Positions 29,619 to 39,316 of a stretch of DNA of 64,000 nucleotides are shown here, piece by piece. This DNA comes from Myxococcales bacterium. Lineage in GTDB: Bacteria; Myxococcota_A; Polyangia; Polyangiales; DASUME01. The translations under genes and the position numbers were made by a program. The stretch lies in assembly GCA_047601445.1 (NCBI GenBank), contig JASGJH010000001.1, forward strand, positions 7,552,001 through 7,616,000, written 5' to 3'. A model generated the notes under the pieces. That model did not search any database. It saw only the letters and a program-made list of their open reading frames with translations, and had not been told where the DNA came from. Position 1 is the first letter of the stretch. Each line of letters begins with the position of its first letter.

Positions 29619-30947
29619 TCAGTTGGAGGCAGCGGACGGTGAAGCGCTCGCTGCGCTGCTGGTCGTAGGGGACTTGCCTGCGGCCGTGCGCAGCGCGACG
29701 CGGGCGTAGGCGAGGTCGGCGTCGGCCTGGATGCGCGCAGCCTGGGCCTGAAATGCGTCGCGTTGACTCTGCGTGACGTCGAGCTGCGTGACGGCGCCTG
29801 CCTGGTAGCGCTCACTCGCGAGCGACGCCGCCTTCTGGGCGGCATCGGCCTGGGCGCGGGCGGATGCGCTCTTCGCAAGGCCGGCCTGCACGCGCTGATA
29901 GGCATCGAAGATGGCGTCTTCGACCTGCCGGCGGGTACGCTCGGCGCGAATCTGCTCTGTGCCGAGCGCGGCCGACTGGGCGCGTGCATTGGCGTAGGTC
30001 ACGTAGTCGAGCTTCCACGCTGCGACGGCCTGCAGCGTGTAGAAGTTGGACTGTCCCGCGAAGCCGGTGGCATTGGTGATGCGTTCCACGCCATTCGCGG
30101 AGAGCGTGGGCAACAGGCTCGAGCGCGCAGCTCGTCGGCCCGCTTTGGCCGCTTCCACCTGCTGGCGCTGCGCACGTTCTGCTGGTGTATCTCGGGCGCT
30201 GAGCCAGGCATTCAGCTCGCCTTCCGAGTGAAGGTCGTCTTCTTCGAAGTCGCCGACCGGCGTCGGCGTGAGACCGCTGAGCGTCTCAAGATTTCGCGCC
30301 GCCGTCACCCGCAACAGATTGGCGTCGGCCACGTCTTGCCTGGCGCGCTCGACGTTGGCGCGCGCACGCTCCAGGTCGAGCGCGAGCGCCACACCCGCTT
30401 CGTGGCGCACCGCCACGAAGTCTGCGTTGGCCTGGGCCATCTGCAGGCTCTGCTCGGCAGCCTGCTGCAGCGCGGAGGCTCCAATGAAGGAGTAGTAGCT
30501 GCGTGAGATCGAGCGCTGCACGTCGGTGGCCACCACGTCCGATTGCTCATCGGCAGCCTGGGCGAGATGGCGCGCCTGGGTAATCTTGTGGAAGCTGCTC
30601 AGATCGAGCAGCGGGACATCCACCTGAAAGTAGGCATCCAGCTGATCCTGGGGCGTCAGCACGGTGGGCTTCGCCCCGGGGGCCAAAGCTCTCGACACCG
30701 GGAACTCGTTGCGCTGATAGACGCCACGCGCCGACAGGGACGGCAAGAGGCGGCCGATGGCGGCCTGGACCTCCCAATCGCGCTGCTCTTCGGTGGCTTG
30801 CTGCACCCGCGCGTCGTAGTTGTGACTGCGCGCCTTGGTGAGGAACTCCTCCATCGGCTGCAACGCCTGCGCTTCGAGCGGCGCCAGGGCCAGCACGAGG
30901 CCGAGCATGATTGTAAAGTAGTGACTCGATAAATGGACGCGTTGCAT
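29619..30947 (-). CDS. TolC family outer membrane efflux protein
   Basis: Signal peptide, LLPSLS / LLPTLS repeats, RYQAGAVTQLDV. Confidence 0.93.
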   Translation of the reverse strand: MQRVHLSSHYFTIMLGLVLALAPLEAQALQPMEEFLTKARSHNYDARVQQATEEQRDWEVQAAIGRLLPSLSARGVYQRNEFPVSRALAPGAKPTVLTPQDQLDAYFQVDVPLLDLSSFHKITQARHLAQAADEQSDVVATDVQRSISRSYYSFIGASALQQAAEQSLQMAQANADFVAVRHEAGVALALDLERARANVERARQDVADANLLRVTAARNLETLSGLTPTPVGDFEEDDLHSEGELNAWLSARDTPAERAQRQQVEAAKAGRRAARSSLLPTLSANGVERITNATGFAGQSNFYTLQAVAAWKLDYVTYANARAQSAALGTEQIRAERTRRQVEDAIFDAYQRVQAGLAKSASARAQADAAQKAASLASERYQAGAVTQLDVTQSQRDAFQAQAARIQADADLAYARVALRTAAGKSPTTSSAASASPSAASN

Positions 30948-31008
30948 GGCAGGACTGCTTCTCAGTGGGGGGATCCAGGCGCGCCGTAACAGGCTCGGAC
31001 GAAGATTT

Positions 31009-31719
31009 TCAGCGCCTGGGCTGACGCCCGGGGAGGGCTCGAGGCTGGGCCTCGGCCGCGCGGGGGAGCGCGCCGCTCAAGAGTAGGTCGATCAGGCCGC
31101 GCAGGAACATGCCCTGAGGCAGGGTGTGCTCACCGAACAAGACGCGGTGCATCCCGTAGTTGTGGAGGGCCCCGATGAACGCGCGCGCGAAGACCTCCGG
31201 GTCGAGAGGTCGCAGCTTACCGGTCTCCACTTGGGCTTCGCAGTAGGCCGCGAACTCTTTCACAGCACGCTCGAAATGCGCGCGGTTCTTGTGCGGTAGC
31301 GGCGAGCCCTTGCTCAGCTCCGGGTTCGACCAGGACATCATCATCAGCGGTAGCGCCACCTTGCCGATTTCGAGGATTTTCTCCCCCAATTGGGCCAGCG
31401 CGTCGTGCACCTCCAGCCCGTGCATCTGCTGGAGTGCCTCAAAATACAAACGTGGCGCCTCCAACTCGTCGAAGCGCATGGCGGCGCGAAACAACGCGTC
31501 CTTGGTCTTGAAGCGATGGAAGACGGCGCCTTCCGAGACCCCCGCGCGTTGCGCCACCTCCAGCGTGGTCGCGCGCACGCCGTGCTCCAAGAACACCGCG
31601 CGGGCCACTTCGAGGATGGCCTCGGTGTCGATGGTTCTGGGGCGACCGCGACCGGGACGCTCGGTCGTGGCGGTTGCTGCGTCGGAAGTCTTGGGGCGGC
31701 GGGGAGGCACCAAGGGCAT
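31009..31719 (-). CDS. TetR/AcrR family regulator (true start may be GTG 31710)
   Basis: GRPR...ILEVARAVFLEHGVRATTLEVAQRAGVSEGAVFHRFKTKDALF. Confidence 0.95.
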   Translation of the reverse strand: MPLVPPRRPKTSDAATATTERPGRGRPRTIDTEAILEVARAVFLEHGVRATTLEVAQRAGVSEGAVFHRFKTKDALFRAAMRFDELEAPRLYFEALQQMHGLEVHDALAQLGEKILEIGKVALPLMMMSWSNPELSKGSPLPHKNRAHFERAVKEFAAYCEAQVETGKLRPLDPEVFARAFIGALHNYGMHRVLFGEHTLPQGMFLRGLIDLLLSGALPRAAEAQPRALPGRQPRR

Positions 31720-31748
31720 TTATAGAGTCGCCGCTTAATAAATGTCAA
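31719..31748 (-). promoter_or_regulatory. Sigma70 promoter of the tetR-efflux operon with overlapping imperfect palindrome
   Basis: TTGACA-18 bp-TATAAA on the minus strand; TTATAGAG...CTTAATAA imperfect inverted repeat. Confidence 0.7.
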
Positions 31749-31985
31749 GGCGGCGGGCCCTGGCCATTTCCAGCACTGGGGCGCGAGTGAGGGAATGAGC
31801 TGTGAGGGCGTTGCACGCGCCGGAAGTCCGCAACCGATCCGTGCCAAAACTCACGCTTTTCACGCGTAAATGCCGGGGTGAGCGTGCGTAATTACGTTAG
31901 CCCGTATCGAAACACCAACATATCATTCGCCACTCGAAATTCGTTCCTTAGTAGGGGTCGCGGAGACCCTGGAAGGCAGTGCTGC

Positions 31986-32765
31986 GTGAAAAATCGAATT
32001 GTATGGGGCGCCACCGCGGCGTGTATCGCGACTCTGGCAGGAACCGCCGCCGCTCATATCCCGAGCATCGAGCCACAGGCTCTCCGCGTAAACCCGCAGC
32101 GTGCACCTGCAGCGGAGGACTACTCCTGGGAGTCGCCTCGGGTGCTGGCGGACGTCAGGGACTCGATGTCCATTGCTGGCTACCTGACCCACAACGACGT
32201 CGACGTTTTCAAGTTCACGCTGACGGCCGCAGACTTCGCGCGAGGACCTGTGATCGTGTCGGCCTCGGCCTTGGCGCCCGGCTGCGCGAACTACCAGAAC
32301 GTGTACCCGGTGACCGCCCTCGTGGGTCCGCAGAAGCCCGGGCCCTTCGGCCCGCCCGGCCTGCCGCCCGCCGATCCCAGCCTCGACCTTCCCTTCGAGG
32401 TGCCCGCCGGCAACGGCGTCGTGTTCGCGGACAATCCTGAGATCTCCCCGCGCCCCGTCTTTCACATGCCCCAGGGCGAAGCCGACATGGGCGACCTCAA
32501 GTGGTTCTTGCCTGCGGGCTTGACCCAGGAATGCCTGCAGACCAATCCGCAGGCCTGCGACCTCTCGCACACGATTGCGCAGCCCGTCTTCTACCCCGGT
32601 ACCTACTACATCGTGATGTGGAACCCGAGCGGCGTGCAGACCGATTACACCGCGAGCATCGGCTACTCCGAGGCCCACTACGAAGAGCCGCCGCAGGACA
32701 TCGTCGAACTGCTGCGTGACAACGGCCTGCTGCACCGCGGCTGCGCCGACTACCCGAAGGAGTGA
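31986..32765 (+). CDS. Hypothetical secreted protein (PPC-like motifs)
   Basis: Signal peptide ending AAA-HIP; DVDVFKF and PGTYYI motifs. Confidence 0.75.
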   Translation: MKNRIVWGATAACIATLAGTAAAHIPSIEPQALRVNPQRAPAAEDYSWESPRVLADVRDSMSIAGYLTHNDVDVFKFTLTAADFARGPVIVSASALAPGCANYQNVYPVTALVGPQKPGPFGPPGLPPADPSLDLPFEVPAGNGVVFADNPEISPRPVFHMPQGEADMGDLKWFLPAGLTQECLQTNPQACDLSHTIAQPVFYPGTYYIVMWNPSGVQTDYTASIGYSEAHYEEPPQDIVELLRDNGLLHRGCADYPKE

Positions 32766-32964
32766 TGGCTCGGGCGACATCGGCGTTGCGATGACGCCAT
32801 CGTGTTAGCCCCCGTAATCGTGCGCGTGCGCAACTCTCACAACTGCGCACGTGCACGGCCATGGCTCCAACCCCTGCCACCGCGCGCTCGCGGACGTTCT
32901 GCCGCGGCTCGCCAAAGGCGGTAGGGTTCTAGATTGGATCGTCAGGACATGCAGGAGGTGAGTC

Positions 32965-33372
32965 ATGCTGACAAGAGATTCCAATGTCACCAACGCGGTC
33001 GCCATGGCGGAGGCGCGCTTTGCGGAGCTCTTCAATGCGGGGCGATACGAGCAGCTGATCGCTGGCTTTTATGCGGAGGATGCCAAACTCCTGCCGCCCA
33101 ACATGCCCGCCGTGGACGGGCGCTCGGCCATCGGACGGGTCTTTCCTCAACTGGCCCAGATCTTCTCTGATCTCAAGATCACCACAGGCCCAGTCAACGT
33201 TTCTGGCGAGCTCGCCGTCACGAACGGCACGTACACAGCCAAGCTCAAGCTGGCTTCCGGCAAGACTGTGAACGACCAAGGAAAGTTCATGGAGGCGTGG
33301 CGCAAGGAGTCGGATGGATCGTGGAAATGCATCCTCGACACCTTCTCGAGCGACAACGTGCACACCGACTGA
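32965..33372 (+). CDS. YybH/DUF4440 NTF2-like protein
   Basis: GGAGG RBS; FYAEDAKLLPPN..VDGRSAI; GKFMEAWRKESDGSWK. Confidence 0.9.
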   Translation: MLTRDSNVTNAVAMAEARFAELFNAGRYEQLIAGFYAEDAKLLPPNMPAVDGRSAIGRVFPQLAQIFSDLKITTGPVNVSGELAVTNGTYTAKLKLASGKTVNDQGKFMEAWRKESDGSWKCILDTFSSDNVHTD

Positions 33373-33374
33373 GC

Positions 33375-33803
33375 TCATGATCCGTTGCCCTTCGCTTGCT
33401 GTGCCAGGCCCTCGTGTGCCTTCGCCATGTCTTGCATCAAGGCAGCGTGTGCGAGCGACGCATCCGGGGAGCGATCAAGAACGCCTGAATACTCTCCTCC
33501 CAAGGACGACCCCGCTTCGTCCGGAGTGAGGAGATCACGAACCTTCGACAAGCCGGCATCGAGCGCGCCCACTGTGGGAGCTGGCTTGGAGTCCAGGAGG
33601 TCGTCGAACTCTAGCACCGCCTGCGTCATCGGCTTGAGCCACGCCAGCGATGGGTCCGTCGTGAGAGCTTGCAGGAAGCCGCCCGCGTTGGTGGGGCCGT
33701 GCTCCCTTTCGAACCGCTCGCGCTCCGCGGCGATCACTGCTCGATGCAGAGTCAAAAGGCTCGTGCGTACTTCGTGTAGGAGCTGCATCTGCAAAGTCTC
33801 CAC
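33375..33803 (-). CDS. Conserved hypothetical helical protein
   Basis: LLTLHRAVIAAERERFEREHG...FLQAL..DPSLAWLKPM. Confidence 0.7.
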   Translation of the reverse strand: METLQMQLLHEVRTSLLTLHRAVIAAERERFEREHGPTNAGGFLQALTTDPSLAWLKPMTQAVLEFDDLLDSKPAPTVGALDAGLSKVRDLLTPDEAGSSLGGEYSGVLDRSPDASLAHAALMQDMAKAHEGLAQQAKGNGS

Positions 33804-33901
33804 GCTGTTAGCGGGCCCCGCAAGGGCTGGGCGAGAGGGCATCACGCAGGGTGCAGCCCGCCGACATCCTGTACTTCGGTCGGCTTTGAGCGACCGGGGA
33901 T

Positions 33902-34786
33902 CTACGGCAATGACGGGCCTGGCGCGCCAAGCTCGAGGCGGCCCCGCACGTCGAGCAGGCGTCCCACGCGCTGCACCAAGAGGGGCGCGTGGTCGAGGGC
34001 TTCGAGCACGCGCCACACGTACGCAAGCACGGCATAGAGGTCACCGGCCGCCATCTGCGGGAGCTCAGCGGTGCGCAGGAGGACGGCGACCACGGCGACG
34101 ATGGAGCAGGCTTCGACGGCCGACCAGCTGCGCGCCTCGGCGTCGGAGAGCGCCACGCGGAGACCGCGGAAGCGCGCGAAATGGGCTGCGAGCTGTGCGT
34201 GCGGCGCATGGGCGATCAGCTCGACTTCGCGCTCGGTTTCGTCGTTCAAGCGCGCGTTCAGCGCCTTGGCTCGGCGACCGAAACGTAGGTACACGGCGCT
34301 CACTGGCAGGACCAGCGACAGGACCCAGAAGCCTGCGGGCAAGTCGTAGACGAGCAGCATGCCCAGGCTGCCCACCAGGCCGATGGCACTGCTGGCGAGG
34401 TTGGGGAGCTCACTCTCGAAAAAGGTAACCGCGTCGCGTGCCATCCCCACGCGCGCGGCGATCTCGGCGGTGGCGATGCCGGCCGTGCGTTGGCGCAGCA
34501 CGGTGTCGGTGGCGAGCTCTGCGTACAGCGAGGCGAAGATGCGGGTGTCGTAGGCCTGGCGCGCCGCGCCCAGCACCACGTGGAAGCCCCAGATGGCGAC
34601 CAGCGGCCACAGCGCCGTGGGACCCTCGCCAGCGAGCAGGCCATTGACGGCCAGGCCAGTGGTGAAGGGATAGAGCAAAGAAAGGACATTTTCGACCAGC
34701 GTGATCGCGTAGGTCAGCGCGATGCGCCCACGGAACGCGCGCAACAGATTGCCGAGCGACGATGCACCAAGGGACTCCACGGGCAT
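33902..34786 (-). CDS. ABC transporter six-TM domain protein without ATPase
   Basis: LTYAITLVENVLSLLYP..G.AVNGLL, RQAYDTRIF, TFFESELP, SDAEA. Confidence 0.85.
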   Translation of the reverse strand: MPVESLGASSLGNLLRAFRGRIALTYAITLVENVLSLLYPFTTGLAVNGLLAGEGPTALWPLVAIWGFHVVLGAARQAYDTRIFASLYAELATDTVLRQRTAGIATAEIAARVGMARDAVTFFESELPNLASSAIGLVGSLGMLLVYDLPAGFWVLSLVLPVSAVYLRFGRRAKALNARLNDETEREVELIAHAPHAQLAAHFARFRGLRVALSDAEARSWSAVEACSIVAVVAVLLRTAELPQMAAGDLYAVLAYVWRVLEALDHAPLLVQRVGRLLDVRGRLELGAPGPSLP

Positions 34787-35247
34787 GGGCTGGGGACAAG
34801 CACCAGCTGTGCCTGCCTATGTTCGCGCACTCTCGCACGGGCGGCCTGAATCACCCTCACTTGGGAATGCCCGAGGGCGAGCTCGCTGCTGCGATGCTCG
34901 ATGCTGCTAGGTCTTGGCGGGCCCTTCGCCGCCCGCGAGGCCCGTCGTCGCGCACGAGGGGCACTTGAGCGGTTCTGCGAGGTCGTTGAGCCCTGCGCTC
35001 GGGGCGGGTCCTTACGGGGTTCGGGCGAGGGAATGCGCACTTTCGGACCACCGATGGCGAACCCGTGGCCGTCGCCACGGCGGCATACGATCTCATCCGA
35101 GGTCAGCTCGCAGCCAAATGGTCCTCGTCGGAGGTGAACTCCCTCTTGCAGCACGGGCTCCAACACGCAGCAGCTCGCATCGCGGACGCGGCGAACGATC
35201 ACCGCAGGGCCGGTGGGTCCCAAGTAAACGAGTCTCGCCCGCTCGGT

Positions 35248-36834
35248 TCATGGCTCCGGCTCGAACACGAATGGGAACGCCAAGGTGAAGGCCTCCGCGT
35301 TCGGAGGCGTGTCGAGCGCGGCGAGTTGATCGAGCACGCACTGGGTCAGGTTCGCGGGCGCCTGGTTGGCACCGGCGGACACGACCTCGGCGACTTCACG
35401 GTCAGGCGTGACTTTGATCTCCACTTCCACGCGCCCCATGAGCGTGGGCGTCGCCCGCAGGAGTTCCTCGTAGCAGCGCTGCATGGCGCCGATACGCGCC
35501 CGCACCTGATTCGTCACGGCCGTGAGGGCGTCGGGCGTGTCGACCTTGCCAGCGACTTCGGGCGCTGCGCGCCGCAGCGCTTCGGAGAGCGAAGCTGGCT
35601 CGGGGGGTGCTGCCCGCAGGGAGGCGTCGATCCAGGCTTGCCAGCTCAGCTCCGGTTGGTTCGCGTCGTGCGCGACGAGCGGCACGCTGCAGTGGGCCAC
35701 GAAGGGACGTTCACCCACGAGCGAATTGACCAGCGTGCCCTTCGCGTCGACCGCTGCCCAAAGGCGGACATCGGCCTGACGTGGCACGAGCGGTGCGAGC
35801 GCCCGCAGCACCTTGGCTGCAGGTTCCCCGGCAGCGGCCGCCACCGTGATGTCGAGGCGCTTTTCCTGCTGCTCCTCGGCGAGCTTGGCGGCGAGCTCCG
35901 GCTCGGGCAATCCGCTGCTCGGGTCGAGCGCTTCGCCGTCCACGATCGCCAGCATGGCCGCCTTGCCACGCGTGTTGCACGTCTGTACCGCTGGTGGAGG
36001 CAACGTCTCGACGAAGCTCTCCCACACCAGGCCCGACGTGGTGGGCGGGAGGCGCTCCACGTCGCGCGCGAGGCCGCGGGTGCCAGTGAACACCGCGACC
36101 CCGAAGGCCAGCCAAAGTGCGGCCCCGAGCAGTATCGATCGACTCGCCACCAGACCTCGCTTGCCCGCGACTGCCACCAACGCCCAGCCCAACAGGCCCG
36201 TCCATGCGACCGTGGAGGCGAGCTGGACGCGCGCCGACTGCAACAGCGACGGCAACGTGGCGATGGTGTCCATGTAGATCCGGTCGCGCTCGCTGGGCAT
36301 CGCGAAGGCGACTGCAGAGAAGGCGCGGAGGACCATGGACAGCGCTGCGTTCCCGTGCGGCTCCGCGCCCCACATCCCGAAGACACCCAGGGCGAGACCC
36401 GTCACCAAGAACGCGATCCCCGTCCGCGAGACAACTCGGCCCATGGCGAGCAAGGCGAGCCCTCCGCAGATCACGAGCGGAAGCCCGAGCGCGAGCAGAA
36501 TGCCCGCCAGGGCCGCGACATAGCTGCGCCCGCTGAAAGCGCTCGAAAGGTGTTGTGCCACAAGGCTCCCCTCCTCCTCGAGCAGCGCCTGCGCGAACAG
36601 GCGCCCGGCGGTCCACCAGGTGCCCACCACGCCGAGCACCGCTAGCGCGAATGCCAGCGCCGTGATCCATTGCAGCCGTCGGGCACGTTCGGCGAGCTTC
36701 GGCGCGTCCGGACGCAAGCCGGCCCTCAGCGCGAGGGCAGCCGCGACCAGGCTCGTCGGCGCGGCCAAGATCACGAGCCACGCCCACAGGCCGCCCACAT
36801 TCACCATGTCCATCAGGGCGTCGAGCACGTTCAC
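35248..36834 (-). CDS. Multi-TM protein with C-terminal AgmX/PglI (TonB-C-like) domain; N-terminus ExbB/TolQ-like
   Basis: IGAMQRCYEELL..P.L.GRVEV...CVL.......FPFVF C-terminus; LGVVGTWW and RAFSAVA segments; start uncertain (36834 or 36813). Confidence 0.78.
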   Translation of the reverse strand: MNVLDALMDMVNVGGLWAWLVILAAPTSLVAAALALRAGLRPDAPKLAERARRLQWITALAFALAVLGVVGTWWTAGRLFAQALLEEEGSLVAQHLSSAFSGRSYVAALAGILLALGLPLVICGGLALLAMGRVVSRTGIAFLVTGLALGVFGMWGAEPHGNAALSMVLRAFSAVAFAMPSERDRIYMDTIATLPSLLQSARVQLASTVAWTGLLGWALVAVAGKRGLVASRSILLGAALWLAFGVAVFTGTRGLARDVERLPPTTSGLVWESFVETLPPPAVQTCNTRGKAAMLAIVDGEALDPSSGLPEPELAAKLAEEQQEKRLDITVAAAAGEPAAKVLRALAPLVPRQADVRLWAAVDAKGTLVNSLVGERPFVAHCSVPLVAHDANQPELSWQAWIDASLRAAPPEPASLSEALRRAAPEVAGKVDTPDALTAVTNQVRARIGAMQRCYEELLRATPTLMGRVEVEIKVTPDREVAEVVSAGANQAPANLTQCVLDQLAALDTPPNAEAFTLAFPFVFEPEP

Positions 36835-37073
36835 TTCACCGTCAAGATGACCAGGCGCGTCAGCGCGGCCAGCGAACCCACCGAGTCGATCCACGCCAGC
36901 GTCAGCAGCAGCGAGCCACCCCAGAAACACGCGAATCCGACCATGTTCTTCAGCATGCGTCCGAGTCTACTCGGCGGCCGGGTGTGCAGAAGCCAGTTGG
37001 ACCACGAACGCGTGCGATCCAGGGGTGACGCCTCGCAGTCGAGCGCGCCGGGAGGCCGCCGCGTGCCGGGGTT

Positions 37074-37100
37074 GGGACGAGGGATTCGACCCTCGACTTC
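37074..37100 (-). repeat. Degenerate copy of the tRNA-Gly 3' arm (old att remnant)
   Basis: gggacgagggattcga-ccctcgacttc vs gggacaagggattcgaaccctcgacttc: one substitution and one deletion in 28 nt. Confidence 0.75.
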
Positions 37101-37103
37101 GAG

Positions 37104-38607
37104 CTAGCTTCCGGTGCGCCGGCCGAACGCGATGCGCCGCACCACGACCTGGGAACCAAGCTTGGACGCCACCACGACGTCGGAAGTGCCCAGCGTCGCC
37201 ATGCCCACGACGTTGCCGACGGTCGCGCCGGAGAGGCCGGTCTTCAAGACCTTTCCGAGCGTGCCCTTCGACGTGACTTCGGAGAGCAAGAGCTGGTCGT
37301 CGACGAACGAGGCCACCAGATAGCCGCCCCCGAAGCTCGTGAAGCTCTGCGGCGTTTCAGACGTTCCACGCTTGAGTTCGAGCGCGGGCCATAGTGGATA
37401 GCCGTCGTCGCCAAACACATAGAACTTGGCGTCGCCGGGAACGAGCAACGCAGGTCCTTGTGGCGTGAACTCGGCGACCATATTGTCGTCCCCGTCGGCC
37501 ACGACGTAGAAGTCGAAGGGATTCTTCGGTCGGGTTCACGTCGGTCCGCCACCAACCGAAGCTGGTGGTGGCGCTCTCCCAGAACAACACCTGGGCTTGG
37601 CTTCCTGCCTCACCGAGCGCGAGTACGTCGCCCGCAGCGAACCAGATGCGTGGGGTGGGCGCGATCTCTCCGGAGCTTCCCACGCTGAGGACGGTCAGTC
37701 CGTCGCAATCCACCTCGGATCCGTAGGTACACCGATACTTGTGAGCCAGGACCAAGCCGCCGCCGCCCTGCATCATCATCTTCCCCGGCCAGCCCCCAAG
37801 CGCCACGGGTTCATAGGCAGGCGTGCCATCGGGTGCCCAGCGCTGGACGCTCCCCCCGAAGACGGCCCCCACACCACCGTTGGCGTCGCAACCGATGTCG
37901 AGGATTGAGTTGGCGCCCGCCACGGTCTGACTCCAGGCAGTCGCACCTTCCGCGATTTTGTGGAGATTGGTGCCCGAAGCCACGTAGATCTCAGCGCTGG
38001 ACGTCACACACAGGCCGCCGAAACGCTGAGAGCTGCCGGCCACGCTGACCTTCCAGGCCTCGACCGTCTTGCAGCGATCGCACGGCTCATCGATGTCGTC
38101 CGCGTCGCATGCCTCTCCTGCGCTCGCATTGACGATCTTGTCTCCGCAGCTGGCGAGCGTGCAGTCCGTATTGCATGCGGCGCTCTCGACGCAGGCTTGA
38201 TTCGCGGCGAGCTCGCAGCCCGCAGGAAGCTCGCGAGGCTCCGACACCTGCCCCGCGCCCTGCTCGCAGGCCATGACCTCCTGCAGGGGCAAATCGGCAC
38301 GACCGTCGCCGTTCATGTCCGCGTAGAAGGTACTCAGCCCGGGTCCGTGGCAGACGCCACACTGATCCGTGTCGTTCGTCGCGCAGGTGGGCTCCAGGTC
38401 GTCAGCATTGTCGGCCACGTCCTGGAGGGCGTCGCACGGAGCGGTGGCCTTCACCGGATGCGCTGGATCACCAAGCCCATCCCCGTCCATGTCAGCGTAA
38501 TGGGGCTTTTCGCAGGCCCCATTCTCCGCGGCCTCGCCGTCGTCTCCGCAACCCCCGAGCACTCCACACGCCACCAGCCAGCACCGAACGAATCTAGGAA
38601 ACTTCAC
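37104..38607 (-). pseudogene. Cys-rich lipoprotein (YAD.DGDG.G motifs, myxococcal CGD..V...E.CD repeat) with a frameshift near 37500-37535
   Basis: ORF 37357..38640 turns Arg-rich after WWRTDVNP while the next frame continues PKNPFDFYVVADGDDN... to the stop at 37104. Confidence 0.7.
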
Positions 38608-38724
38608 GAACTCGAGAGTAGCGGTCGCGCAGGCGAGCAAGCAACGAGCGTGCAGTTCTTTCCTTCCCGTTTCACCCCGCCGATCGACGGAGCCGATCTC
38701 GTGGCGCTCGACAGAGGTCGCGGT

Positions 38725-39014
38725 TCAAGTCGTTGTCGCGCTATTGGTTCGGAGCCGCTGAGGCGTGCCATCGGTCACGTCGACGAAGACTTCGCTCTTT
38801 TCACCGAGGTCGCGATACTTGCGGCGCTGGCCACATACGTCGATTTCGTAAGCGTAGATCCCGTCGGCCTTCTTGATGACGTGGACCTTCTCCAGGGGAC
38901 AGTCATGGTGAAGGCCGCGGTCTTCGCGGCACTTTGTGCGACCATGTTTGCACAGCCACCTGCGCCCAAGGAGACGGCGAGCCAGAGCACGTGGGAAACG
39001 AGGTTGTGATTCAT
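38725..39014 (-). pseudogene. Small lipoprotein with a 1-nt deletion near 38910
   Basis: AGGC lipobox; adding one base after GCCTTC gives AAFDHDCPLEKVHV...DVCGQRRKYRD to TGA at 38725. Confidence 0.65.
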
Positions 39015-39066
39015 GCGTACGGTCGCTCGGCAGGTGGTTGTTAGAGTGGTGGCCGGGCCAATCTGA

Positions 39067-39169
39067 AAACGAAAAAGGCCGGTGAGCTCTTTGAGCTAAC
39101 CGGCCTGATTCACTGCAACAATCTTTGAGCGGGACAAGGGATTCGAACCCTCGACTTCAACCTTGGCAA
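39067..39169. repeat. 103-bp direct repeat, distal att site (tRNA-Gly 3' half + terminator)
   Basis: Identical to 44883..44985; identity ends at the anticodon loop TTGCCAA. Confidence 0.95.
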
Positions 39170-39316
39170 TTGGGCCGATAGGCCCGAAAGCAGAACGGAA
39201 TTCAATCATTCCCAGCTGTTGGCGCTAACGGACGTTCACGCTCGTTCACGCATGAACACGCGTTGGTGGTTGGGAAGTGGTTGGGGTGAGCGGGGCGCCT
39301 CGGGTAGGTTGGGGCG

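Noticed and set aside
34850..35247. 5' part of ORF 35065..36645 as a gene
   Set aside because: It runs antisense through the AgmX-domain gene; at most an unassignable fragment
39124..39169. Second tRNA gene
   Set aside because: Only the 3' half is present; the D-arm and 5' acceptor strand are missing, so it is an att duplication
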